Assembly: GCF_018350175.1 (NCBI RefSeq)
Contig: NC_058368.1
Location: forward strand, 160,272,001-160,336,000
Direction: 5' to 3'
Length of the DNA: 64,000 bases
DNA from: Felis catus
Lineage: Eukaryota
Of this stretch, positions 39,119 to 50,469 are shown in pieces; the first letter of the stretch is position 1; every line of letters starts with the position of its first letter. The notes beneath the pieces were generated by a model, which worked only from the letters and a program-made list of their open reading frames with translations, was not told where the DNA came from and did not search any database. Both the position numbers and the translations under genes were made by a program.

Positions 39119-39322
39119 TTTTTAAAAATTTTTTGAAGTTTATTAATTTTTTAGAGACAGAGACAGAATGTGAGTGGGGGAGGGGAAGAGAGATAGGGAG
39201 TCACAGAACCTGTAGCAGACTCTAGGCTCTGAGCTGTCAGGGCAGAGCCTGACAGGAAGCTCAAACCCACGAACTGTGAGCCGAAGTTGGATGCTTAACC
39301 ATCTGAGCCACCCAGGCACCCC
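39119..39322 (-). mobile_element. Can-SINE whose tail was split by the full-length L1
   Basis: Body ends caggcacccc; TSD-like pair taaataggatttctt (39323-39337) and taaatggcatttctt (32178-32192). Confidence 0.9.
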
Positions 39323-39420
39323 TAAATAGGATTTCTTATAAAAAGAAGAGTGACAACTATTGCATTTTATTCCTTTTTTTGTTTGTTTTTGTTTTTAAGT
39401 ACCCAATGACAGGTTTTAAA

Positions 39421-39620
39421 GTATTTATTTACTTATTTACTTTGGTAGAGATAGTGGGAGTTGGGCAGGGACAGAGAGAGAGGGAGAGAGACTCCCAAGA
39501 AGGCTACATGCTGCCAATGCAGAGCCCACTGTGGGGCTTGAACTCACGAACCATGAGATTATGACCTGAGCTGAAACCAAGAGTTGGACGCTTAACCAAC
39601 TGAGCCACTTAGGCACCCCC
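39421..39620 (-). mobile_element. Can-SINE
   Basis: TSD aatgaYaggttttaaa at 39405-39420 and 39621-39636. Confidence 0.95.
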
Positions 39621-40186
39621 AATGATAGGTTTTAAAATATCTGATACTTATGTCCTGGACATCAGAACATATATGTGAATGTTTCTTGAGAAGTGTAGAA
39701 GTTGAAACTTATTGAGAATTGAGTCACATGCAAAACTGATTAGCTCCGAATGGAAAGATGCAATTAGAAGACTAAATTTTGTAAAATTATAAATTGGAAA
39801 AAAATCATTAAGTCCTCTGATCTTTGCATATTATAAGAATAATAAATGCTTATGATACCTTAGAAGTCTGTCATAGGAATACAGGTACAGTAGCTTAGTC
39901 AAACATAAACTTAAAATTCCTATTTTATTTAAAATAATACACCCTGAGCGTATATTATTAAGATAAATCAACTTGGTTAATTGCTGCTGTCAACGGGGAT
40001 AACTCCCATAATCTCACTCTTAAATTCATAATTTAATATTTTACAATTAACTTAACATGAATTGTTTCACCTGTTACTCAAGAGAGAGTAACAAGATAGT
40101 TGGTTATTAACCTTAAACAATTTTTATTGGAGTAAAACTACATAAAATCTTATCATTTTAACTTTTTAAGCATACAGTTCAGTGGC

Positions 40187-40973
40187 TATTCTAAGAATGT
40201 ATATGGTCTGGTAAAGTTGGGATGACCACAGGAGGAGATGAAAACCAGGGCTAGAAGGAAGGAGTTGATGACTACCAGGTTCTGGAGAGAGAGGCAACAC
40301 CTGCTTCTCTGAGTCATAGGGCAAAGTCATGCCGTGGTCAAGAGGCAGAAGACAGGAGTGAGGGGAAAGTGTCGCTGAGGCCATGGCCTTTACTGGGGTA
40401 GTGACAGTTTCTTTGCTTGACTAAACTTTAGTGTGGCTCTTAACCTCCTCCTAGAGTCCTCTATGTACGTCCTTGTAAAACCCAGTTTTGTCAAGAATCC
40501 TGAGCCTAGTGTCTCTCTCCAACTGTGAAATCCCATTTCAGGGGTTCCTATTCCTATTGTGATGATCCCGAATAAAGTCTGCTTCATGGTACTTTAATGA
40601 GTGTCATTGAATAATTTTTTTTTCTTAAACACAGGACAAGGTGAGCAGTTTGAGGTTCACTAGCTGTTATAATTTTAATGGGCTTTGGGCTATAGCAGTG
40701 GTCTCTAATTGTGTGATACCTGGCTTTGGCACCATTGAGACAGAGGAGGTGTTGTTCTGCACTGGTTAGTTTACATATAAAAAATGCACTTCCTTCTGAG
40801 CCTTTTGTTCTAAGAGTTGGCTAGTCCTGGGAGGGGCAGGATCTGCACACTCAGATGCTCTCGCAACATGCCAGAGCATAAAGATACAGAAAATAAGAAA
40901 ACCTAGTTAATAAAATTGGCCCTGTGACCAATGGACGCCAATAGGCAAATACAAAATCTAAGAAAACACAACG
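40187..40973 (-). mobile_element. ERVL-type solo LTR (MER74/77-like) inserted in L1MB
   Basis: Interrupts L1MB exactly; 5-bp TSD gtggc (40182-86) / gtggt (40974-78); family name and strand tentative. Confidence 0.55.
40402..40631 (+). mobile_element. MER31/MER67-like ERV1 LTR remnant nested in the ERVL LTR
   Basis: tgaca...ttgactaaactttag start, ttgtaaaacccagttttgtcaagaatcctg, aataaagtct, end ttcttaaaca. Confidence 0.6.
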
Positions 40974-41463
40974 GTGGTATTAAGTACACCGACAGTGTGC
41001 AAAAATCCCCCCCCCATCCATCTCCACAATTTTCATCTTCCCAAGCTGAAATTCCATACCCATTAAACAGTATCCCTCATTTTCCACTGCCTCGAGCCCC
41101 TGACAGTTGCCTTTCTACTCTGTCTCTACTAATGTGACTATTCTAGGTACCACATATAAAGGGAATCATACATTTGTTCTTTGTGGACTGGCTTATTTTA
41201 CTTCAGATAATGTCTTCAAGTTTCATCCATGTTGTAGCATGTGTCAAAACTTCCTTTTTAATGACTTTATGTATATATCACATTTTGTTTCTCCCTGCAT
41301 TCATAAATGGACACTTGGAGTGCTCCAACCTTTTGGCTATTGTGAATAATGCTCTAAACATGGGTGTAAAATATATCTCCTTGAGACCCTGCTTTCAACT
41401 GTGTTGGGTATATGCACAGATGTGGATTTGCTGGATTCAAGGTAATTCTAAGCTTAACTTTTT

Positions 41464-41902
41464 TTTTTTTTAACATTTATTTATTTTTTAATTTTTTTTA
41501 ACGTTTTTATTTATTTTTGGGACAGAGAGAGACAGAGCATGAACAGGGGAGGGGCAGAGAGAGAGGGAGACACAGAATCGGAAACAGGCTCCAGGCTCTG
41601 AGCCATCAGCCCAGAGCCTGACGCGGGGCTTGAACTCACGGACCGCGAGATCGTGACCTGGCTGAAGTCGGACGCTCAACCGACTGCGCCACCCAGGCGC
41701 CCCATCATTTATTTATTTTTGAGACAGAGAGAGAGCATGAACAGGGGAGGGTCAGAGGAAGAGGAAGATACAGAATCTGAAACAGGCTCTAGGCTCTGAG
41801 CTGTCAGCACAGAGCCTGACGCAGGGCTCGAACCCACAGACCACAAGATCATGACCTGAGCCGAAGTCGGACGCTTAGCCGACTGAGCCACCCAGGCGCC
41901 CC
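41464..41902 (-). mobile_element. Outer Can-SINE carrying a younger SINE in its tail
   Basis: Outer TSD taagYttaacttttt at 41449-41463 and 41904-41918. Confidence 0.93.
41489..41703 (-). mobile_element. Young Can-SINE nested in the tail of another SINE
   Basis: CpG-rich body of the same type as 29494-29734; TSD catttatttattttt at 41474-41488 and 41706-41720. Confidence 0.95.
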
Positions 41903-41955
41903 ATAAGTTTAACTTTTTGAGGAAGTGATAATGAAGTTGTATCTCATTGAGGTGT

Positions 41956-42362
41956 TTTTTTTTAATTATTTAAATCCAACTTAGTTAACATATAGTGTAA
42001 TAATGATTTCAGGAGTAGAATTTAGTGATTCATCATTTATATATAACACCCAGTGCTCATCCCAACAAGTGCCTTCCTTAATGCCCATCCCCTATTTAGT
42101 CTATCCCCTCACCCACCTCCCCTCCATCTAGCCTCATTTTGTTCTCTGTATTTAAGAGTCCCTTATGATTTGCCTCCCTCTCTGTTTTTATCTTATTTTT
42201 TCCTTCCCTTACCCTATGTTCATCTGTTTTGTTTCTTAAATTCCACATGAGTGAAATCATATGATATTTATCTTTCTCTGACTGACTTATTTCCTTTAGC
42301 ATAATATACTCTAGTTCCATCATCATTGTTCCAAAATGGCAAGATTTGATTCTTTTTGATCG
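41956..42362 (-). mobile_element. Short carnivore L1 3' fragment inserted in L1MB
   Basis: T-tail, 3'UTR and ORF2 end (EISQSEKDKYHMISLMWNL). Confidence 0.9.
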
Positions 42363-43327
42363 CTGATGATTAGTGATGTTGAGCATCTTCTCATGTGCTT
42401 ATTGGCCATTTACATAGCTTCTTTTAAGAAATGCCTACTTAAGCCCTTTGCCCAACTTTTAATTTTTTTTTTAATTGTCCAGTTGTTAGGTATTCTTTAC
42501 ATATTCTGGATATTAATCTCTTATCAGATAAAAAATTTGCATTTTTTTTCATTTTTTGCGCTGCCTTTTCATATTGTTGATTGAATCCTTTGCACAAAAT
42601 TTTTTTTATTTGCATGAGCACCAATTTATTTTTGTTACTGTTGTTGTCATATGCAAGAAATTATTGCCACATTCAATGTCATGAATCTTACCTCCATGTT
42701 TTCTACTAAGAGTTTTATAGTTTTAGCTCTTACGTATGGGTCTTTGATCTATTTGAGTTAACTTTTGTATATGGTATAAGGTAAGGTATTGACAAAAAAC
42801 TAAGACTTTGAGACTTGAAATTATGTGCCCCAAATTGGTAAAATTTCTTAACAGATAAGTGATGGACCCATAACATCTGAGTAAGGTTTCTTTTTCTCTC
42901 CCCCATTCTCCTCTTTCTCTCTCCTTCTCACTATTTTACTTTCTTCCTTCTGCTTTTCCTGTAAGAGAAAAGTTGGAGTTAAGATTAAGAGACGTGGAAT
43001 ATATAAACTCTTACTTTCCACCTTTAGAATCTTATACCTTATTTTCTTTATATAATAACTCTCCTTGAGCCTTACTGTAATAATTATCTTTTGGAATTTT
43101 ACTATAAGCAAACATTTTACTACAAAAATGCAAATCCACTTTTTCCCATCTGCTAATGCTACTAGTTTTCATCCTTAGATTCTGATCATCGTCACTGTAA
43201 TAATTCATTTCTAACTACATATTTATCTAAAAATCTTCCCTGATCTTCATAAATAACCTGTGGAGAAACTACTGGGTAACTTCCACTAAAAGGTTGTTTG
43301 AATAGAAGATTAAAAGAACTCCCTTAA

Positions 43328-43918
43328 TATATATAAACCACATCTTCTTTGTCCATTCATCAGTTGATAGACATTTAGGCTCTTTCCATAATTTGGCTAT
43401 TGTTGAAAGTGCTGCTATAAACATTGGGGTACAAGTGCCCCTATGCATCAGCACTCCTGTATCCCTTGGGTAAATTCCTAGCAGTGCTATTGCTGGGTCA
43501 TAGGGTAGATCTATTTTTAATTTTTTGAGGAGACTCCACACTGTTTTCCAAAGCGGCTACACCTTGGCAATGAGAAAGAATGAAATCCTGCCATTTGCAG
43601 CAACATAGATGGAACCGGAGGGTATTATGCTAAGTGAACTAGTCAGTCAGAGAAAGACAGATAGCATATGTTTTCACTCATATGTGGATCTTGAGAAACT
43701 TAACAAAGACCATGGGGAAGGGGAAGGGGAAAAAATAGTTACAGAGAGGGAGGGAGGCAAACCATAAGAGACTCTTGGATACTGAGAACAAACTGAGGGT
43801 TGACGGAGGGTGGGGGAGAGGAGTAAGTGGGTGATGGATATTGAGGAGGGCACTTGTTGGGATGAGCACTGGGTGTTGTATGGAAACAGATTTGACAATA
43901 AATTATATTTAAAAAAAG
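43328..43918 (+). mobile_element. 5'-inverted (twin-primed) truncated L1
   Basis: 43328-43563 is ORF2 on the minus strand; 43564-43918 continues on plus to the poly-A; degenerate TSD aaagaactcccttaa / aaataactctgttaa. Confidence 0.92.
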
Positions 43919-44740
43919 AAATAACTCTGTTAAAAGGCAAGCAGAGGTGCCACTCTTTGGAAGGAAGGAAAATTTAAGAAAAAAATTGGAAAAAGGCCTT
44001 ATGTACAAAATGATTCTTTCACTAAACTACTGGGTCTAAAAAGGTGGATTGTGAAGTAGTAATTGATGGTAATTCTGAGTCAGAGATAACGAAGAATCAG
44101 GTCACAGGAATTTGGCCTTTACCCTGAGGGAACTGAGAAATGATTTCAGGGTTTTGAGCTCAGGTGGGACACTTATGACTTGAATTTAAAAAAAGGATCC
44201 CTCCTGATGCTAAGTTGATAAGACCAGGGAGAAAAGCATGCAAATAATGGAACCAGTTAGAAATCTAGAGTAGTAATCTAGGAAAGAGATTATAGTGACT
44301 TAGACCAGTGATGCTGAGAGAAGGTGGTGAAAAGTGATCAGATTTTGAAGGCATTCAAGAAAGGTTGTTTGTTTGTTTTTCAGTAGGGGGGCTAGTTTCA
44401 AAAGATTAAAGTTGACTGTAAGCTTTCTGGCTTGAAAAACTGGAAGGAAACAGTTGACATCAGTTGAAATGGGGAAGACTGGATAGAACAGTTTTGAGGA
44501 GGAAGAGTAGGAGTCTAGTTTGGGACATGTTAAGTTTTAGATACCTGTTAGTCAACTAAATGAAAACATCAGGCAAATATTTGGAAATATGAACTGGAGT
44601 TTCAGAAAAGAAGCTAGCACTGTATATAGGAGTTTGGGAATCACTGGAACAAACACAAAAAAAGAAAGTAAAAGGAAAATAAGTAATTGGATAAAAGAAA
44701 AAAGATTGAGCCCTGAGGTAACTTCATATTAAAAATTCTA

Positions 44741-44948
44741 GGAGCGCCTGGGTGACTCAGTCTGTTGAGCGTCCTACTTCAGCTCAGGTCATGATCTCGC
44801 AGTTCGTGAGTTGGAGCCCTGAGTCGGGCTCTGTGCTGACAGCTCGGAACCTGGAAGTTGCTTCAGATTCTGTCTCTCTCTCTCTCTCTCTCTGCTCCTC
44901 CCTTGCTCACATTCTGTGTCTCTCTAAAAAATAAACATAATTAAAAAG
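44741..44948 (+). mobile_element. Can-SINE inserted in L2
   Basis: ggagcgcctgggtgactcag start; TSD aaaattctag at 44732-44741 and 44949-44958. Confidence 0.96.
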
Positions 44949-45369
44949 AAAATTCTAGAAAAAGAAGAAATCAGCTAAGAGTACTGAGAAGACACAACTG
45001 TTGATGTACAATGAGAATATGTATATCATTCTAAAAGCTAAGTGAAGAAAGTATATCGGGGAGACAGCAGTGATTGACATTTTCAAACGCTGAGAGGTCA
45101 CAAAGGATGTGAACTAAGAATTGTTCACTGGACTTAGCTATGAGGGGTAATTGGTGACCTTGGCAAGAGAAATTTTTTAGTGGTGGAGGTTAAATCCAGA
45201 TTGCGTGGAGAATAGGAACTGAAAACAAGGGCAGACAACTCCTATAAAGTATTTTACTGCACAGAGGAGCCAAAAACCCCCACAAAAATTAGATAGGAAG
45301 CTAGTTTAAGAAAGCAGAACCAAAAGAATGTTTTAAAGATTAAATCGCAGCATATTTGGATGTTGATGA

Positions 45370-45811
45370 TGTAAGAGAGCAAAATTTGCCACCCCAAAAT
45401 GTGTGTCTTTGGCATAAAGATAATTTTAAGATGTTATTTTTAAGAAAGAGAAGACTCAAAATTTTGTTAACTTTCTCCTTAACTTTCCCAAAGAATTTAG
45501 ATAAGGTGCCTGCACAAAGAAGGCAGCTATCGCCAAAGATATTTTTGTTTTCAGACTTCTCTCTAAAGCATAGCAAACATTTGTTTACTAAATTTTCTCT
45601 TTTCCCAAGTTCCAACCACCTATCCCCTACTTAGCTTAGGGTAGCATATAAGCCTCATCTTCCTGACTGCCTATAGGTCTCCTACTCTTATCAGACCCTC
45701 ATATATAAGCACTACAATTTATTTTTCTCCTATTAATCTGTTTTATGTCAATTGGATTTTTGGATCAGCGAGTGACCTAGAAAAGTACAGTAAAAATATT
45801 CCTCCCTGAAA
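45370..45811 (+). mobile_element. MER34-like ERV1 solo LTR inserted in L2
   Basis: tgtaagagagcaaaatttgccaccccaaaatgtgtgtctttggcataaagataattttaag start; tttctcctattaatctgttttatgtcaatt...ttcctccctg end. Confidence 0.8.
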
Positions 45812-48564
45812 ATTAGAAGAATTGAAGAGACAGGAGGAAATTGATACAGAAAGTAGAGAACAATTACTGAAGCTATGCCCTTAAGTAAATGAGAAGCTCT
45901 TTGCAAAGTCAAAGGATGAATTTTAGACCAGAACAGAATTCACCTACACTAACAAGAAGGAAGGGTGCTCAGTTACAGAGGTACAGATGTGGGTTGATGT
46001 AAAAGTGGACATCTCTTTGCTGAATTTTTTCAGAGGATTAGGAAGCAGAGTACACTGAAAACAGGGGAGGAAATATTTGAGAAGTAGAAGGTACACAATA
46101 ATAACCTACGAAAGTAAATAGACTAGGGAAATAGAGAATACTGGTTAGTGGGGGGACAGAAACATTGAACAGAGGGTCAAAGGATTTTTGGAGATGGAGA
46201 ACTAGAAGAGTCAGAAGGAAGATTATGTGGTGATCAGAAATAAAGCATGGCGCTGAAATTGTGTAGGAGGTGTAGCCATTGATTAAGACTAGGTCTAGGG
46301 TTGACCCATTGGGAGTAATGACTGACATCCCATGAAGGGCAGGATTATTGGAGAAGAAGTGGTCAAGGAACTTACAAACCAAGGTATTGGAAAGCTCTTT
46401 ACTGAAGATATCACAGTGAACCAAGATTTAAGACAGGGGAAGTGTTGGGGAGAATGATAATGAGCCAGGAGCTGACACCACTGAAAAATGAAGCAGAAAG
46501 AATTGGAAATAGGTTGATGACAGAACAATTCAGTGTCGGGAGTGACGTGTCTGATAACATGGAATTTAAAACTGGGACAGGAAGGTGGGAAGAAGAATAA
46601 GCCAATGAGGAGAAGAGCAAGGAGGATACATGTCCCACTTTGAAGCCCAGCCCAGGGGAGAAAGATAACCACTGCTTTACAGGGCTGGGTGGGAAGCAGA
46701 GCCTTCAGGGAAAGCCAGAATTTAGTAGTATGTATCCAGAAAGTGCACAGAATGCTAAGAGAAGGTGTTGAGTATATACTTTTGATGATTGTGGATTTTA
46801 ATTCCAGAAAGAACAAGGGAAAAGTTTTGGAGATAGGTGTAGTTATGTGTGGGTATGAGTAGGGGAAGAATAGACATCATGTTATAAACTTAAGATAATT
46901 ACAATATGGGAAATAAGTAGTGATAAGGGATTATGAGGGTTCTTGTGTTAACTGATATAAACAGGGATAAATGATTTGTTTGGTTCTGGAAGATTCAAGG
47001 AAGTTAGGGGATGTGAAGCCACAGGTTACTGAGGGGTTTTTATCTTGGCTTTTCTTGATGCCTTTCAACAGAACTAAGGAAATCTGAGTGGGTCTCACTC
47101 TTGAACTGACAACCTGGTTGATAACAGAGGCAGAAGGGCTGGAGTGGGAGAGATCATTGTTTTGGGTAAGGAGTTCATTCATTCAGTTTACTCTTAACCT
47201 TTTTGGGGAAAAGGTGACCTTACATGAATTACTTGATTTTTGGGTTTTTTTTGTTGTTGTTGTTATTGTTGTTTTTAATAAGCTGGATTTTGATGAGTCT
47301 CTTAGCCTGGGAATACTAAGATATAACTTGGATCTTTATTTTTTGTTCCGTAAGTCTTTTTTAAAAAAATGATAATACCTGATTTAGAAAACAGTGACAA
47401 TGCAGGTCTCTGTCATAAATTGTTTTAGAGATGACTTTGAAAGGCTGAACTACAGAAAGAGAACAGCAATTGAAAACAAGAACAGCGTCCATTTTCTTGT
47501 TTTCAGCTCCTTGATTTTATTGTAGAAACAGGATAATGAAAGATATGTAAAAGCTTGAAAGGAAAAGATAAGAGACAAAAGCTACTTCCTTAGAGTACCT
47601 TCATAGTGAGATTTTATGTTCAACTGTAAATTGTTCATATATAATTGAAAGAGATAATGTAATTAATACAGTAACCAGAGCAGGTAAAATAATTATATAA
47701 GACTTATAAACAGTTAAAGCAATATACATGGACTTTTTGATTTTTCTTTTTCTTTTTTTTTTTTTTTTGCACTCAGTCTTATACATTCTCCTCAATGAAA
47801 AAGCAAGTTTGCATTGTTTTGTAGACTGAGATATTTTTCTCATGTTTTAACTTAATCTCAGCCATAAAAAATAATATATAATGAAAAGGATTTCTTATAC
47901 TTCATATCTACATATACTGGTCTGTCATAAAGGTTGATGTAATTGAAGCATATCCCATTCCATTTTCACCCCATGAAGGGGTAAAAATTGGATTTAGATG
48001 CAACTTCCAGATTGGGTAAAGCTTTTATTCCACATAATTCAACCTGTGCGTATTACTGCTTTATACTACAACAGCTTTACATTATAGTATGGAATACAAT
48101 ATAGTGTAGAATATAGTATTCACATTATAGTATAGAATACAGTATATTCACAGAAATACTACAAGAATACTTTTTAGGAACCCCAAAATAATATTGACCC
48201 TGTTCATTTGGTCTGTCTCCAAATGTTCTATTTTCTTCCTACTGGAAAACTCCTCCCTGTGCAACTTTGAGCATTTTCTGGTAGAGAGTTATGTTGCTTT
48301 GTAGTTGGTAAGCACTACCTGAGGGTGTGGATTGGCTTTTTAATTAAAATGGGAGACTAAGTTGGTGATCTGGCATTGGGACTGTGGTTTTTTCCTTCCC
48401 ATAAAATTACCTCATGGGTGCTTTTGAAAATTTCCTTTGGCCTGAGACTCCAGAAGACAATGCACTTGGATATGAAGTTCAATGGTATATATGGATGATA
48501 CCCAAACATCTCCTGAGAAAATATAGAATGCTTGTGAAAAGGGGAATTTTGTACTGAGAGGCTG

Positions 48565-48725
48565 AACAGTGGGATTGGACATGCATTAGATAGACTTGGA
48601 TTTAAACCCTGGCTCTGCCTGTTACTAGCTATGTGATCTTGTACATGTTACTTAATGATTCCAAGCCCCAGTTTACATGCTGCAATATTGTTGGGAGAAT
48701 TAGAGATACTTTTTGTGAGGTTCTA
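48565..48725 (+). mobile_element. MIR
   Basis: agacttggatttaaaccctggctctgcctgttactagctatgtgatcttg. Confidence 0.75.
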
Positions 48726-50016
48726 GCTATATGATTATTTAATATTTTATTAGAAAGATTCATGTTACCATATGAAGATATACTGAATTTCTTCTCAAGT
48801 TGTGAAATTTTCCTGTTCCATTTCCCTTTTGTTTCTTAAGAAAAAAAAATAATTTCTGACCTCTCTTCTCTGTTTAAACCTTGAACATAGATAATTATAT
48901 CCTCTAGAATATACCTTATCAGTAACTTTCCTGAATTTGGATGCAAACACCTATTTTTGATGCCTCTGAACTTCTTTCCTGTGTGTGGTATTGTCTGAAG
49001 GGGTAGTCAATGTGGCTGCCCTAATGTTTTGTTTAAAGCCAAAGCTGTCATTTGATGGCAGCGCCACATTGATGAACACTCTAATTTGTTTCTCTAGTAA
49101 AGACGTGTGACAGCTAATTTCATGTTTATTCATCTTAAAAGAATAATTGTTTCAGTTTGTAACAAACTGACCTTTATGCTCTATCTAAAGTAAAAACTGG
49201 ATGCTATTAGTTTTGAGATTTATTCTGTTTGAATTTACATAGGTAAAAGGATCAGCAATATAGTGATTTTTTCTTCTAACCACAAAAGTACAGTAATTTC
49301 ATTGTCCTTTTGTGAGAAATGTAGAGAATGGTTGCCAGGAGACTAAATGGATCTTAAGGTACTCAATAAAAAAAAATTCCCCACTAGCTACAAAAACAAA
49401 ACCTGCAAATAGAAAATATTCACAGCAGCATTCCCAATGGCTGGAGCTTTTCACTTGGTTGGACACTCCAATAAAACATGTCGAGAAAATAAAGCTAGAT
49501 TTTTTTTTATACCTACACATATTTTGAGGATAAAAGAGAATGAAGCTCCCTCTTTGAAAATTAGTTTTAACCAAAAAAGGAAAACCTTCGAATTATTTCA
49601 AACTCCAACTTAATTATCTTGGTTGTTTGGCATCAGGAGTTTTTTTTTTTTTTTTTATTTTGCCCCTGCCTATCATTATTTTTTAGTGTTTATATTTTCT
49701 TCATTTTCTTTGTGACCACTGATGCTTTTGGATGATGGATTTGGGGACTAGCTAACAGAGTTCTGTCCATAGCCTGCAGTTGTAATTCCACTGATTATTT
49801 CTTGTTGTTCTTAATTTATCTTGGTCTATATGTAGACTGTAGTGTGGTAGCTGCTATTTCGTCAATCTTTTTCTTTTTTCACAGAACTTACTAGGTTCTA
49901 AGGAATGCTTCAAGGCTTTCTCTATATGTGAAAACAAAATGATCCTTTGCAAAATATACATTGGCTTTCAAGGGACTTTTACCTACAGGTACCACTAATA
50001 TATACTGAATATGTTT

Positions 50017-50190
50017 CAGGGATCAAACTCAAATGCCCTCATGGATCAGACAGGTAACAAATATATCAAGTGGGAAAGCAAGAACATAGAGGAAAACTAA
50101 GAGTAGAATCTAGGGTAACAATGCACTGTGATTTCTCCAAATGTATACAAGTTAGTTGTTTTAAACCTTGCCTAACCAAGCTTAGGCATC
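50017..50190 (+). mobile_element. MER102-like hAT fragment
   Basis: cagggatcaaactcaaatgccctcatggatcagacaggtaac resembles the MER102 5' end. Confidence 0.45.
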
Positions 50191-50267
50191 CTGTCATATG
50201 CATCCTGTCAAATTGTTGTTGATATGTGTTTTTTTCCACTTAATTTTTAAAGTATATCTAGAAAAAA

Positions 50268-50375
50268 AATCCCCATTTTACAGATTAGAAAACTGAGACT
50301 CAGAGAATTTAGACAATTTAAGGCCATAGTGAAGTTTAGAAGGCAGAGATTTGAAATCCTATCCCTGGAACCAAA
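50268..50375 (-). mobile_element. MIR
   Basis: atccccattttacagattagaaaactgagactcagaga. Confidence 0.8.
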
Positions 50376-50469
50376 TCTAAGATTAATTCTTTCAGAATGG
50401 TGCTCCTTCTACAGCCTTGTATACACCCAGAAGTTGATAAAACCAAAATCATTATGTGTCAAGGAATAT

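Larger units (their letters stand above)
40120..42790 (-). mobile_element. Old L1MB-like element, fragmented by nested insertions
   Basis: Collinear pieces at 40120-40186, 40974-41460, 41903-41955 and 42363-42790 (catacagttcagtggc|tattaagtacac..., tcttcaagtttcatccatgttgtagcatgtgtca). Confidence 0.8.
44090..47050 (-). mobile_element. Long L2 remnant reaching the endonuclease domain, interrupted by a SINE and an LTR
   Basis: L2 antisense motifs (tttgggacatgttaagttttagatacctg) and minus-strand ORF 46038-46424 with GSTLDLVL...ISDHH APE-endonuclease motifs. Confidence 0.8.
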
